A stretch of 64,000 bases of DNA, taken from the NCBI GenBank assembly GCA_964016885.1, contig OZ024740.1:24924001-24988000 (forward strand), given 5' to 3'. The notes below the pieces were generated by a model that saw nothing but the letters and a program-made list of their open reading frames with translations, had not been told where the DNA came from and searched no databases. The stretch's first letter is position 1. Every line of letters begins with the position of its first letter. Position numbers and translations under genes: made by a program. This document shows, piece after piece, positions 1 through 13,200 of this stretch. The DNA is from Eledone cirrhosa. Its lineage: Eukaryota.

Positions 1-3000
1 AGTGACATTGTGACATGGTCAGCTATTGGAGTTACAGGAGGTTCTAGTGACATTGTGACATGGTCATATATTGGAGTTACAGGAAGTTGTCGTGACATTG
101 TGACATGTTCAGATATTGGAGTTACAGGAAGTTCTAGTGACAATGTGACATGGTCAGCTATTGGAGTTACAGGAAGTTCTAGTGACATTGTGAAATGGTC
201 AGATAGTGGAGTCACAGGAAGTTGTAGTGACATTGTGACATTGTCAGATATTGGAGTTACAGGAAGTTGTAGTGACATTGTGACATGTTAAGCTATTGGA
301 GTTACAGGAAGTTCTAGTGACATTCTGACATGGTAAGATATTGGAGTTACAGGAAGTTTTAGTGACAATGTGACATGGTCAGCTATTGGAGTTACAGGAA
401 GTTCTGGTGACAATGCGACATGGTCAGCTATTGGAGTTACAGGAAGTTGTAGAGACATTGTGTGACATGGTCAGCTATTGGAGTTACAGGAAGTTGTAGT
501 GACATTGTCACATGGTCAGCTATTGTAGTTAGAGTAAGTTCTATTGACATTGTGACATGTTCAGATATTGGAGCTACAGGAAGTTCTAGTGACATTGTGA
601 CATGGTCAGATATTGGAGTTACAGGAAGTTCTATTGACATTGTGACATGATCAGATATTGGAGTTACAGGAAGTTGTTGTGACATTGTGACACGTTCAGA
701 TATTGGAGTTACAGGAAGTTCTAGTGACATTGTGACATGGTCAGATATTGGAGTTACAGGAAGTTGTAGTGACATTGTGACATGGTCAGCTATTGGAGTT
801 ACAGGAAGTTCTAGTGACATTGTGACATGATCAGATATTGGAGTTACAGGAAGTTGTTGTGACATTGTGACACGTTCAGATATTGGAGTTACAGGAAGTT
901 CTAGTGACATTGTGACATGGTCAGATATTGGAGTTACAGGAAGTTGTAGTGACATTGTGACATGGTCAGCTATTGGAGTTACAGGAAGTTCTAGTGACAA
1001 TGTGACATGGTCAGCTATTGGAGTTACAGGAAGGTCTAGTGACATTGTGACATGGTCAGATATTGGAGTTACATGAAGTTGTAGTGACATCGTGACATGG
1101 TCAGATATTGGAGTTACAGGAAGTTTTATTGACGATGTGACATGGTCAGCTATTGGAGTTACAGGAAGTTCTAGTGACAATGTGACATGGTCAGCTATTG
1201 GAGTTACAGGAAGTTGTAGAGACATTGTGTGACATGGTCAGCTATTGGAGTTACAGGAAGTTGTAGTGACATTGTCACATGGTCAGCTATTGGAGTTACA
1301 GGAAGTTCTAGTGACAATGTGACATGGTCAGCTATTGGAGTTACAGGAAGTTCTGGTGACAATGTGACATGGTCAGATATTGGAGTTACAGGAAGTTCTA
1401 GTGACATTGTGACATGGTCAGCTATTGGATTTACAGGAAGTTGTAGTGACATTGTGACATGGTCAGCTATTGGAGTTACAGGAAGTTCTATTGACATTGT
1501 GACATGGTCAGATATTGGAGTTACAGGAAGTTCTAGTGAAAATGTGACATGGTCAGCTATTGGAGTTACAGTAAATTGTAGTGACATAGTGACATGGTCA
1601 GCTATTGGAGTTACAGGAAGTTCTAGTGACAATGTGACATGTTCAGATATTGGAGTTACAGGAAGATCTATTGACATTGTGACATGTCAGATATTGGAGC
1701 TACAGGAAGTTCTAGTGACAATGTGACATGGTCAGCTATTGGAGTTACGGGAAGGTCTAGTGACATTGTGACATGGTCAGATATTGGAGTTACATGAAGT
1801 TGTAGTGACATCGTGACATGGTCAGATATTGGAGTTACAGGAAGTTTTAGTGACGATGTGACATGGTCAGCTATTGGAGTTACAGGAAGTTCTAGTGACA
1901 ATGTGACATGGTCAGCTATTGGAGTTACAGGAAGTTGTAGAGACATTGTGTCACATGGTCAGCTATTGGAGTTACAGGAAGTTGTAGTGACATTGTCACA
2001 TGTTCAGCTATTGTAGTTACATTAAGTTCTATTGACATTGTGACATGTTCAGATATTGGAGCTACAGGAAGTTCTAGTGACATTGTGACATGGTCAGATA
2101 TTGGAGTTACAGGAAGTTCTAGTGACATTGTGACATGGTCAGATATTGGAGTTACAGGAAGTTGTTGTGACATTGTGACACGTTCAGATATTAGAGTTAC
2201 AGGAAGTTCTAGTGACATTGTGACATGGTCAGATATTGGAGTTACAGGAAGTTGTAGTGACATTGTGACATGGTCAGCTATTGGAGTTACAGGAAGTTCT
2301 ATTGACATTGTGACATGGTCAGCTATAGGAGTTACAGGAAGTTCTGGTGACATTGTGACATGGTCACCTATTGGAGTTACAGGAAGTTGTAGTGACAATG
2401 TGACATGTTCAGCTATTGGAGTTACAGGAAGTTCTAGTGACAATGTGACATGGTCAGCTATTGGAGTTACAGGAAGTTCTAGTGACATTGTGACATGGTC
2501 AGATATTGGAGTTACAGGAAGTTGTAGTGACATTGTGACATGGTCAGCTATTGGAGTTACAGGAGGTTCTAATGTCATTGTGACATGGTCATATATTGGA
2601 GTTACAGGAAGTTGTAGTGACATTGTGACATGTTCAGATATTGGAGTTACAGGAAGTTCTAGTGACAATGTGACATGGTCAGCTATTGGAGTTACAGGAA
2701 GTTCTAGTGACATTGTGAAATGGTCAGATAGTGGAGTCACAGGAAGTTGTAGTGACATTGTGACATTGTCAGATATTGGAGTTACAGGAAGTTGTAGTGA
2801 CATTGTGACATGTTAAGCTATTGGAGTTACAGGAAGTTCTAGTGACATTCTGACATGGTCAGATATTGGAGTTACAGGAAGTTTTAGTGACAATGTGACA
2901 TGGTCAGCTATTGGAGTTACAGGAAGTTCTGGTGACAATGCGACATGGTCAGCTATTGGAGTTACAGGAAGTTGTAGAGACATTGTGTGACATGGTCAGC

Positions 3001-3515
3001 TATTGGAGTTACAGGAAGTTGTAGTGACATTGTCACATGGTCAGCTATTGTAGTTAGAGTAAGTTCTATTGACATTGTGACATGTTCAGATATTGGAGCT
3101 ACAGGAAGTTCTAGTGACATTGTGACATGGTCAGATATTGGAGTTACAGGAAGTTCTATTGACATTGTGACATGATCAGATATTGGAGTTACAGGAAGTT
3201 GTTGTGACATTGTGACACGTTCAGATATTGGAGTTACAGGAAGTTCTAGTGACATTGTGACATGGTCAGATATTGGAGTTACAGGAAGTTGTAGTGACAT
3301 TGTGACATGGTCAGCTATTGGAGTTACAGGAAGTTCTAGTGACATTGTGACATGATCAGATATTGGAGTTACAGGAAGTTGTTGTGACATTGTGACACGT
3401 TCAGATATTGGAGTTACAGGAAGTTCTAGTGACATTGTGACATGGTCAGATATTGGAGTTACAGGAAGTTGTAGTGACATTGTGACATGGTCAGCTATTG
3501 GAGTTACAGGAAGTT
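1..3515. repeat. Direct duplication with 2,525-bp offset (1-~990 repeated at 2526-~3515)
   Basis: ORF offsets 437->2962 and 291->2816. 2525 = 56x45 + 6 - 1 (three 47-mers, one 1-bp deletion). The variant order is shared (GGAGG, TCATAT, GATAGT, TGTTAAG, ATTCTG, AATGCG, GTTAGAGTAAG). Confidence 0.85.
451..497 (+). repeat. 47-bp variant marker monomer (AGAGACATTGTGTGACATGG...; T3>A plus a GT insertion) that opens HOR units; first of 52 copies
   Basis: Seen at 451, 1218, 1939, 2976, 4418, 5185, 6357 ... 61052, 62268. Each causes the frameshift that ends the minus-strand ORFs in QCLYNFL-like tails, and it is usually followed by the ATTGTCACA monomer. Confidence 0.95.
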
Positions 3516-4215
3516 GTAGTGACATCGTGACATGGTCAGATATTGGAGTTACAGGAAGTTTTAGTGAAGATGTGACATGGTCAGCTATTGGAGTTACAGG
3601 AAGTTCTAGTGACAATGTGACATGGTCAGATATTGGAGTTATAGGAATTTCTAGTGACATTGTGACATGGTCAGCTATTGGAGTTGCAGGAAGTTCTATT
3701 GACATTGTGACATGGTCAGCTATTGGAGTTACAGGAAGTTATGGTGACATTGTGACATGGTCAGCTATTGGAGTTATGGGAAGTTTTAGTGACCATGTGA
3801 CATGGTCAGCTATTGGAGTTACAGGAAGTTCTAGTGACATTGTGAAATGGTCAGATATTGGAGTCACAGGAAGTTGTAGTGATATTGTGACATTGTCAGA
3901 TATTGTAGTTACAGGAAGTTGTAGTGACATTGTGACATGTTAAGCTATTGGAGTTACAGGAAGTTCTAGTGACATTGTGACATGGTCAGATTTTGGAGTT
4001 ACAGGAAGTTCTAGTGACAATGTGACATGGTCAGCTATTGGAGTTACAGTAAATTGTAGTGACATAGTGACATGGTCAGCTATTGGAGTTACAGGAAGTT
4101 CTAGTGACAATGTGACATGTTCAGATATTGGAGTTACAGGAAGATCTATTGACATTGTGACATTGTCAGATATTGGAGCTACAGGAAGTTCTAGTGACAA
4201 TGTGACATGGTCAGC

Positions 4216-7200
4216 TATTGGAGTTACAGGAAGGTCTAGTGACATTGTGACATGGTCAGATATTGGAGTTACATGAAGTTGTAGTGGCATCGTGACATGG
4301 TCAGATATTGGAGTTACAGGAAGTTTTAGTGACGATGTGACATGGTCAGCTATTGGAGTTACAGGAAGTTCTAGTGACAATGTGACATGGTCAGCTATTG
4401 GAGTTACAGGAAGTTGTAGAGACATTGTGTGACATGGTCAGCTATTGGAGTTACAGGAAGTTGTAGTGACATTGTCACATGGTCAGCTATTGGAGTTACA
4501 GGAAGTTCTAGTGACAATGTGACATGGTCAGCTATTGGAGTTACAGGAAGTTCTGGTGACAATGTGACATGGTCAGATATTGGAGTTACAGGAAGTTCTA
4601 GTGACATTGTGACATGGTCAGCTATTGGATTTACAGGAAGTTGTAGTGACATTGTGACATGGTCAGCTATTGGAGTTACAGGAAGTTCTAGTGACATTGT
4701 GACATGGTCAGATATTGGAGTTACAGGAAGTTCTAGTGACAATGTGACATGGTCAGCTATTGGAGTTACAGTAAATTGTAGTGACATAGTGACATGGTCA
4801 GCTATTGGAGTTACAGGAAGTTCTAGTGACAATGTGACATGTTCAGATATTGGAGTTACAGGAAGATCTATTGACATTGTGACATTGTCAGATATTGGAG
4901 CTACAGGAAGTTCTAGTGACAATGTGACATGGTCAGCTATTGGAGTTACAGGAAGGTCTAGTGACATTGTGACATGGTCAGATATTGGAGTTACATGAAG
5001 TTGTAGTGACATCGTGACATGGTCAGATATTGGAGTTACATGAAGTTGTAGTGACATCGTGACATGGTCAGATATTGGAGTTACAGGAAGTTTTAGTGAA
5101 GATGTGACATGGTCAGCTATTGGAGTTACAGGAAGTTCCAGTGACAATGTGACATGGTCAGCTATTGGAGTTACAGGAAGTTGTAGAGACATTGTGTGAC
5201 ATGGTCAGCTATTGGAGTTACAGGAAGTTGTAGTGACATTGTCACATGGTCAGCTATTGTAGTTACAGTAAGTTGTATTGACATTGTTACATGTTCAGAT
5301 ATTGGAGTTACAGGAAGTTCTAGTGACATTGTGACATGGTCAGATATTGGAGTTACAGGAAGTTCTAGCGACATTGTGACATGATTAGATATTGGAGTTA
5401 CAGGAAGTTGTTGTGACATTGTGACACGTTCAGATATTGGAGTTACAGGAAGTTCTAGTGACATTGTGACATGGTCAGATATTGGAGTTACAGGAAGTTG
5501 TAGTGACATTGTGACATGGTCAGCTATTGGAGTTACAGGAAGTTCTAGTGACAATGTGACATGGTCAGATATTGGAGTTACAGGAATTTCTAGTGACATT
5601 GTGACATGCTCAGCTATTGGAGTTGCAGGAAGTTCTATTGACATTGTGACATGGTCAGCTATTGGAGTTACAGGAAGTTATGGTGACATTGTGACATGGT
5701 CAGCTATTGGAGTTATGGGAAGTTTTAGTGACAATGTGACATGGTCAGCTATTGGAGTTACAGGAAGTTCTAGTGACATTTTGAAATGGTCAGATATTGG
5801 AGTCACAGGAAGTTGTAGTGATATTGTGACATTGTCAGATATTGTAGTTACAGGAAGTTGTAGTGACATTGTGACATGTTAAGCTATTGGAGTTACAGGA
5901 AGTTCTAGTGACATTGTGACATGGTCAGATTTTGGAGTTACAGGAAGTTCTAGTGACAATGTGACACGTTCAGATATTGGAGTTACAGTAAATTGTAGTG
6001 ACATAGTGACATGGTCAGCTATTGGAGTTACAGGAAGTTCTAGTGACAATGTGACATGTTCAGATATTGGAGTTACAGGAAGATCTATTGACATTGTGAC
6101 ATTGTCAGATATTGGAGCTATAGGAAGTTCTAGTGACAATGTGACATGGTCAGCTATTGGATTTACAGGAAGGTCTAGTGACATTGTGACATGGTCAGAT
6201 ATTGGAGTTACATGAAGTTGTAGTGACATCGTGACATGGTCAGATATTGGAGTTACAGGAAGTTTTAGTGACGATGTGACATGGTCAGCTATTGGAGTTA
6301 CAGGAAGTTCTAGTGACAATGTGACATGGTCAGCTATTGGAGTTACAGGAAGTTGTAGAGACATTGTGTGACATGGTCAGCTATTGGAGTTACAGGAAGT
6401 TGTAGTGACATTGTCACATGGTCAGCTATTGGAGTTACAGGAAATTCTAGTGACAATGTGACATGGTCAGCTATTGGAGTTACAGGAAGTTCTGGTGACA
6501 ATGTGACATGGTCAGATATTGGAGTTACAGGAAGTTCTATTGACATTGTGACATGGTCAGCTATTGGATTTACAGGAAGTTGTAGTGACATTGTGACATG
6601 GTCAGCTATTGGAGTTACAGGAAGTTCTAGTGACATTGTGACATGGTCAGATATTGGAGTTACAGGAAGTTCTAGTGACATTGTGACATGGTCAGCTATT
6701 GGAGTTACAGGAGGTTCTAGTGACATTGTGACATGGTCATATATTGGAGTTACAGGAAGTTGTAGTGACAATGTGACATGTTCAGATATTGGAGTTACAG
6801 GAAGATCTATTGACATTGTGACATTGTCAGATATTGGAGCTACAGGAAGTTCTAGTGACAATGTGACATGGTCAGCTATTGGAGTTACGGGAAGGTCTAG
6901 TGACATTGTGACATGGTCAGATATTGGAGTTACATGAAGTTGTAGTGACATCGTGACATGGTCAGCTATTGGAGTTACAGGAAGTTCTAGTGACAATGTG
7001 ACATGGTCAGCTATTGGAGTTACAGGAAGTTGTAGAGACATTGTGTCACATGGTCAGCTATTGGAGTTACAGGAAGTTGTAGTGACATTGTCACATGGTC
7101 AGCTATTGTAGTTAGAGTAAGTTCTATTGAAATTGTGACATGTTCAGATATTGGAGCTACAGGAAGTTCTAGTGACATTGTGACATGGTCAGATATTGGA

Positions 7201-10200
7201 GTTACAGGAAGTTCTATTGACATTGTGACATGATCAGATATTGGAGTTACAGGAAGTTGTTGTGACATTGTGACACGTTCAGATATTGGAGTTACAGGAA
7301 GTTCTAGTGACATTGTGACATGGTCAGATATTGGAGTTACAGGAAGTTGTAGTGACATTGTGACATGGTCAGCTATTGGAGTTACAGGAAGTTCTAGTGA
7401 CATTGTGACATGATCAGATATTGGAGTTACAGGAAGTTGTTGTGACATTGTGACACGTTCAGATATTGGAGTTACAGGAAGTTCTAGTGACATTGTGACA
7501 TGGTCAGGTATTGGAGTTACAGGAAGTTGTAGTGACATTGTGACATGGTCAGCTATTGGAGTTACAGGAAGTTCTAGTGACAATGTGACATGGTCAGATA
7601 TTGGAGTTACAGGAAGTTCTAGTGACATTGTGACATGGTCAGATATTGGAGTTACATGAAGTTGTAGTGACATCGTGACATGGTCAGATATTGGAGTTAC
7701 AGGAAGTTTTAGTGAAGATGTGACATAGTCAGCAATTGGAGTTACAGGAAGTTCTAGTGACAATGTGACATGGTCAGATATTGGAGTTATAGGAATTTCT
7801 AGTGACATTGTGACATGGTCAGCTATTGGAGTTGCAGGAAGTTCTATTGACATTGTGACATGGTCAGCTATTGGAGTTACAGGAAGTTATGGTGACATTG
7901 TGACATGGTCAGCTATTGGAGTTATGGGAAGTTTTAGTGACAATGTGACATGGTCAGCTATTGGAGTTACAGGAAGTTCTAGTGACATTGTGAAATGGTC
8001 AGATATTGGAGTCACAGGAAGTTGTAGTGATATTGTGACATTGTCAGATATTGTAGTTACAGGAAGTTGTAGTGACATTGTGACATGTTAAGCTATTGGA
8101 GTTACAGGAAGTTCTAGTGACATTGTGACATGGTCAGATTTTGGAGTTACAGGAAGTTCTAGTGACAATGTGACATGGTCAGCTATTGGAGTTACAGTAA
8201 ATTGTAGTGACATAGTGACATGGTCAGCTATTGGAGTTACAGGAAGTTCTAGTGACAATGTGACATGTTCAGATATTGGAGTTACAGGAAGATCTATTGA
8301 CATTGTGACATTGTCAGATATTGGAGCTACAGGAAGTTCTAATGATAATGTGACATGGTCAGCTATTGGAGTTACAGGAAGGTCTAGTGACATTGTGACA
8401 TGGTCAGATATTGGAGTTACATGAAGTTGTAGTGGCATCGTGACATGGTCAGATATTGGAGTTACAGGAAGTTTTAGTGACGATGTGACATGGTCAGCTA
8501 TTGGAGTTACAGGAAGTTCTAGTGACAATGTGACATGGTCAGCTATTGGAGTTACAGGAAGTTGTAGAGACATTGTGTGACATGGTCAGCTATTGGAGTT
8601 ACAGGAAGTTGTAGTGACATTGTCACATGGTCAGCTATTGGAGTTACAGGAAGTTCTAGTGACAATGTGACATGGTCAGCTATTGGAGTTACAGGAAGTT
8701 CTGGTGACAATGTGACATGGTCAGATATTGGAGTTACAGGAAGTTCTAGTGACATTGTGACATGGTCAGCTATTGGATTTACAGGAAGTTGTAGTGACAT
8801 TGTGACATGGTCAGCTATTGGAGTTACAGGAAGTTCTAGTGACATTGTGACATGGTCAGATATTGGAGTTACAGGAAGTTCTAGTGACAATGTGACATGG
8901 TCAGCTATTGGAGTTACAGTAAATTGTAGTGACATAGTGACATGGTCAGCTATTGGAGTTACAGGAAGTTCTAGTGACAATGTGACATGTTCAGATATTG
9001 GAGTTACAGGAAGATCTATTGACATTGTGACATTGTCAGATATTGGAGCTACAGGAAGTTCTAGTGACAATGTGACATGGTCAGCTATTGGAGTTACAGG
9101 AAGGTCTAGTGACATTGTGACATGGTCAGATATTGGAGTTACATGAAGTTGTAGTGACATCGTGACATGGTCAGATATTGGAGTTACAGGAAGTTTTAGT
9201 GACGATGTGACATGGTCAGCTATTGGAGTTACAGGAACTTCTAGTGACAATGTGACATGGTCAGCTATTGGAGTTACATGAAGTTGTAGAGACATTGTGT
9301 GACATGGTCAGCTATTGGAGTTACAGGAATTTGTAGTGACATTGTCACATGGTCAGCTATTGTAGTTACATTAAGTTCTATTGACATTGTGACATGTTCA
9401 GATATTGGAGCTACAGGAAGTTCTAGTGACATTGTGACATGGTCAGATATTGGAGTTACAGGAAGTTCTAGTGACATTGTGACATGGTCAGATATTGGAG
9501 TTACAGGAAGTTGTTGTGACATTGTGACACGTTCAGATATTAGAGTTACAGGAAGTTCTAGTGACATTGTGACATGGTCAGATATTGGAGTTACAGGAAG
9601 TTGTAGTGACATTGTGACATGGTCAGCTATTGGAGTTTCAGGAAGTTCTATTGACACTGTGACAAGGTCAGCTATAGGAGTTACAGGAAGTTCTGGTGAC
9701 ATTGTGACATGTCACCTATTGGAGTTACAGGAAGTTGTAGTGACAATGTGACATGTTCAGCTATTGGAGTTACAGGAAGTTCTAGTGACAATGTGACATG
9801 GTCAGCTATTGGAGTTACAGGAAGTTCTAATGACATTGTGACATGGTCAGATATTGGAGTTACAGGAAGTTGTAGTGACATTGTGACATGGTCAGCTATT
9901 GGAGTTACAGGAGGTTCTAGTGACATTGTGACATGGTCATATATTGGAGTTACAGGAAGTTGTAGTGACATTGTGACATGTTCAGATATTGGAGTTACAG
10001 GAAGTTCTAGTGACAATGTGACATGGTCAGCTATTGGAGTTACAGGAAGTTCTAGTGACATTGTGAAATGGTCAGATAGTGGAGTCACAGGAAGTTGTAG
10101 TGACATTGTGACATTGTCAGATATTGGAGTTACAGGAAGTTGTAGTGACATTGTGACATGTTAAGCTATTGGAGTTACAGGAAGTTCTAGTGACATTCTG

Positions 10201-13200
10201 ACATGGTCAGATATTGGAGTTACAGGAAGTTTTAGTGACAATGTGACATGGTCAGCTATTGGAGTTACAGGAAGTTCTGGTGACAATGCGACATGGTCAG
10301 CTATTGGAGTTACAGGAAGTTGTAGAGACATTGTGTGACATGGTCAGCTATTGGAGTTACAGGAAGTTGTAGTGACATTGTCACATGGTCAGCTATTGTA
10401 GTTAGAGTAAGTTCTATTGACATTGTGACATGTTCAGATATTGGAGCTACAGGAAGTTCTAGTGACATTGTGACATGGTCAGATATTGGAGTTACAGGAA
10501 GTTCTATTGACATTGTGACATGATCAGATATTGGAGTTACAGGAAGTTGTTGTGACATTGTGACACGTTCAGATATTGGAGTTACAGGAAGTTCTAGTGA
10601 CATTGTGACATGGTCAGATATTGGAGTTACAGGAAGTTGTAGTGACATTGTGACATGGTCAGCTATTGGAGTTACAGGAAGTTCTAGTGACATTGTGACA
10701 TGATCAGATATTGGAGTTACAGGAAGTTGTTGTGACATTGTGACACGTTCAGATATTGGAGTTACAGGAAGTTATAGTGACATTGTGATATGGTCAGGTA
10801 TTGGAGTTACAGGAAGTTGTAGTGACATTGTGACATGGTCAGCTATTGGAGTTACAGGAAGTTTTAGTGAAGATGTGACATAGTCAGCTATTGGAGTTAC
10901 AGGAAGTTCTAGTGACAATGTGACATGGTCAGATATTGGAGTTATAGGAATTTCTAGTGACATTGTGACATGGTCAGCTATTGGAGTTGCAGGAAGTTCT
11001 ATTGACATTGTGACATGGTCAGCTATTGGAGTTACAGGAAGTTATGGTGACATTGTGACATGGTCAGCTATTGGAGTTATGGGAAGTTTTAGTGACAATG
11101 TGACATGGTCAGCTATTGGAGTTACAGGAAGTTCTAGTGACATTGTGAAATGGTCAGATATTGGAGTCACAGGAAGTTGTAGTGATATTGTGACATTTTC
11201 AGATATTGTAGTTACAGGAAGTTGTAGTGACATTGTGACATGTTAAGCTATTGGAGTTACAGGAAGTTCTAGTGACATTGTGACATGGTCAGATTTTGGA
11301 GTTACAGGAAGTTCTAGTGACAATGTGACATGGTCAGCTATTGGAGTTACAGTAAATTGTATGACATAGTGACATGGTCAGCTATTGGAGTTACAGGAAG
11401 TTCTAGTGACAATGTGACATGTTCAGATATTGGAGTTACAGGAAGATCTATTGACATTGTGACATTGTCAGATATTGGAGCTACAGGAAGTTCTAGTGAC
11501 AATGTGACATGGTCAGCTATTGGAGTTACAGGAAGGTCTAGTGACATTGTGACATGGTCAGATATTGGAGTTACATGAAGTTGTAGTGGCATCGTGACAT
11601 GGTCAGATATTGGAGTTACAGGAAGTTTTAGTGACGATGTGACATGGTCAGCTATTGGAGTTACAGGAAGTTCTAGTGACAATGTGACATGGTCAGATAT
11701 TGGAGTTATAGGAATTTCTAGTGACATTGTGACATGGTCAGCTATTGGAGTTGCAGGAAGTTCTATTGACATTGTGACATGGTCAGCTATTGGAGTTACA
11801 GGAAGTTATGGTGACATTGTGACATGGTCAGCTATTGGAGTTATGGGAAGTTTTAGTGACAATGTGACATGGTCAGCTATTGGAGTTACAGGAAGTTCTA
11901 GTGACATTGTGAAATGGTCAGATATTGGAGTCACAGGAAGTTGTAGTGATATTGTGACATTGTCAGATATTGTAGTTACAGGAAGTTGTAGTGACATTGT
12001 GACATGTTAAGCTATTGGAGTTACAGGAAGTTCTAGTGACATTGTGACATGGTCAGATTTTGGAGTTACAGGAAGTTCTAGTGACAATGTGACATGGTCA
12101 GCTATTGGAGTTACAGTAAATTGTAGTGACATAGTGACATGGTCAGCTATTGGAGTTACAGGAAGTTCTAGTGACAATGTGACATGTTCAGATATTGGAG
12201 TTACAGGAAGGTCTAGTGACATTGTGACATGGTCAGATATTGGAGTTACATGAAGTTGTAGTGGCATCGTGACATGGTCAGATATTGGAGTTACAGGAAG
12301 TTTTAGTGACGATGTGACATGGTCAGCTATTGGAGTTACAGGAAGTTCTAGTGACAATGTGACATGGTCAGCTATTGGAGTTACAGGAAGTTGTAGAGAA
12401 ATTGTGTGACATGGTCAGCTATTGGAGTTACAGGAAGTTGTAGTGACATTGTCACATGGTCAGCTATTGGAGTTACAGGAAGTTCTAGTGACAATGTGAC
12501 ATGGTCAGCTATTGGAGTTACAGGAAGTTCTGGTGACAATGTGACATGGTCAGATATTGGAGTTACAGGAAGTTCTAGTGACATTGTGACATGGTCAGCT
12601 ATTGGATTTACAGGAAGTTGTAGTGACATTGTGACATGGTCAGCTATTGGAGTTACAGGAAGTTCTAGTGACATTGTGACATGGTCAGATATTGGAGTTA
12701 CAGGAAGTTCTAGTGACAATGTGACATGGTCAGCTATTGGAGTTACAGTAAATTGTAGTGACATAGTGACATGGTCAGCTATTGGAGTTACAGGAAGTTC
12801 TAGTGACAATGTGACATGTTCAGATATTGGAGTTACAGGAAGATCTATTGACATTGTGACATTGTCAGATATTGGAGCTACAGGAAGTTCTAGTGACAAT
12901 GTGACATGGTCAGCTATTGGAGTTACAGGAAGGTCTAGTGACATTGTGACATGGTCAGATATTGGAGTTACAGGAAGGTCTAGTGACATTGTGACATGGT
13001 CAGATATTGGAGTTACATGAAGTTGTAGTGGCATCGTGACATGGTCAGATATTGGAGTTACAGGAAGTTTTAGTGACGATGTGACATGGTCAGCTATTGG
13101 AGTTACAGGAAGTTCTAGTGACAATGTGACATGGTCAGCTATTGGAGTTACAGGAAGTTGTAGAGACATTGTGTGACATGGTCAGCTATTGGAGTTACAG

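Noticed and set aside
1680-9715. Singleton 1-bp deletions at ~1686 and ~9711
   Set aside because: They are absent from paralogous copies (e.g. ~18185 is intact) and fall in TT/GG doublets, so they cannot be distinguished from sequencing or consensus errors.
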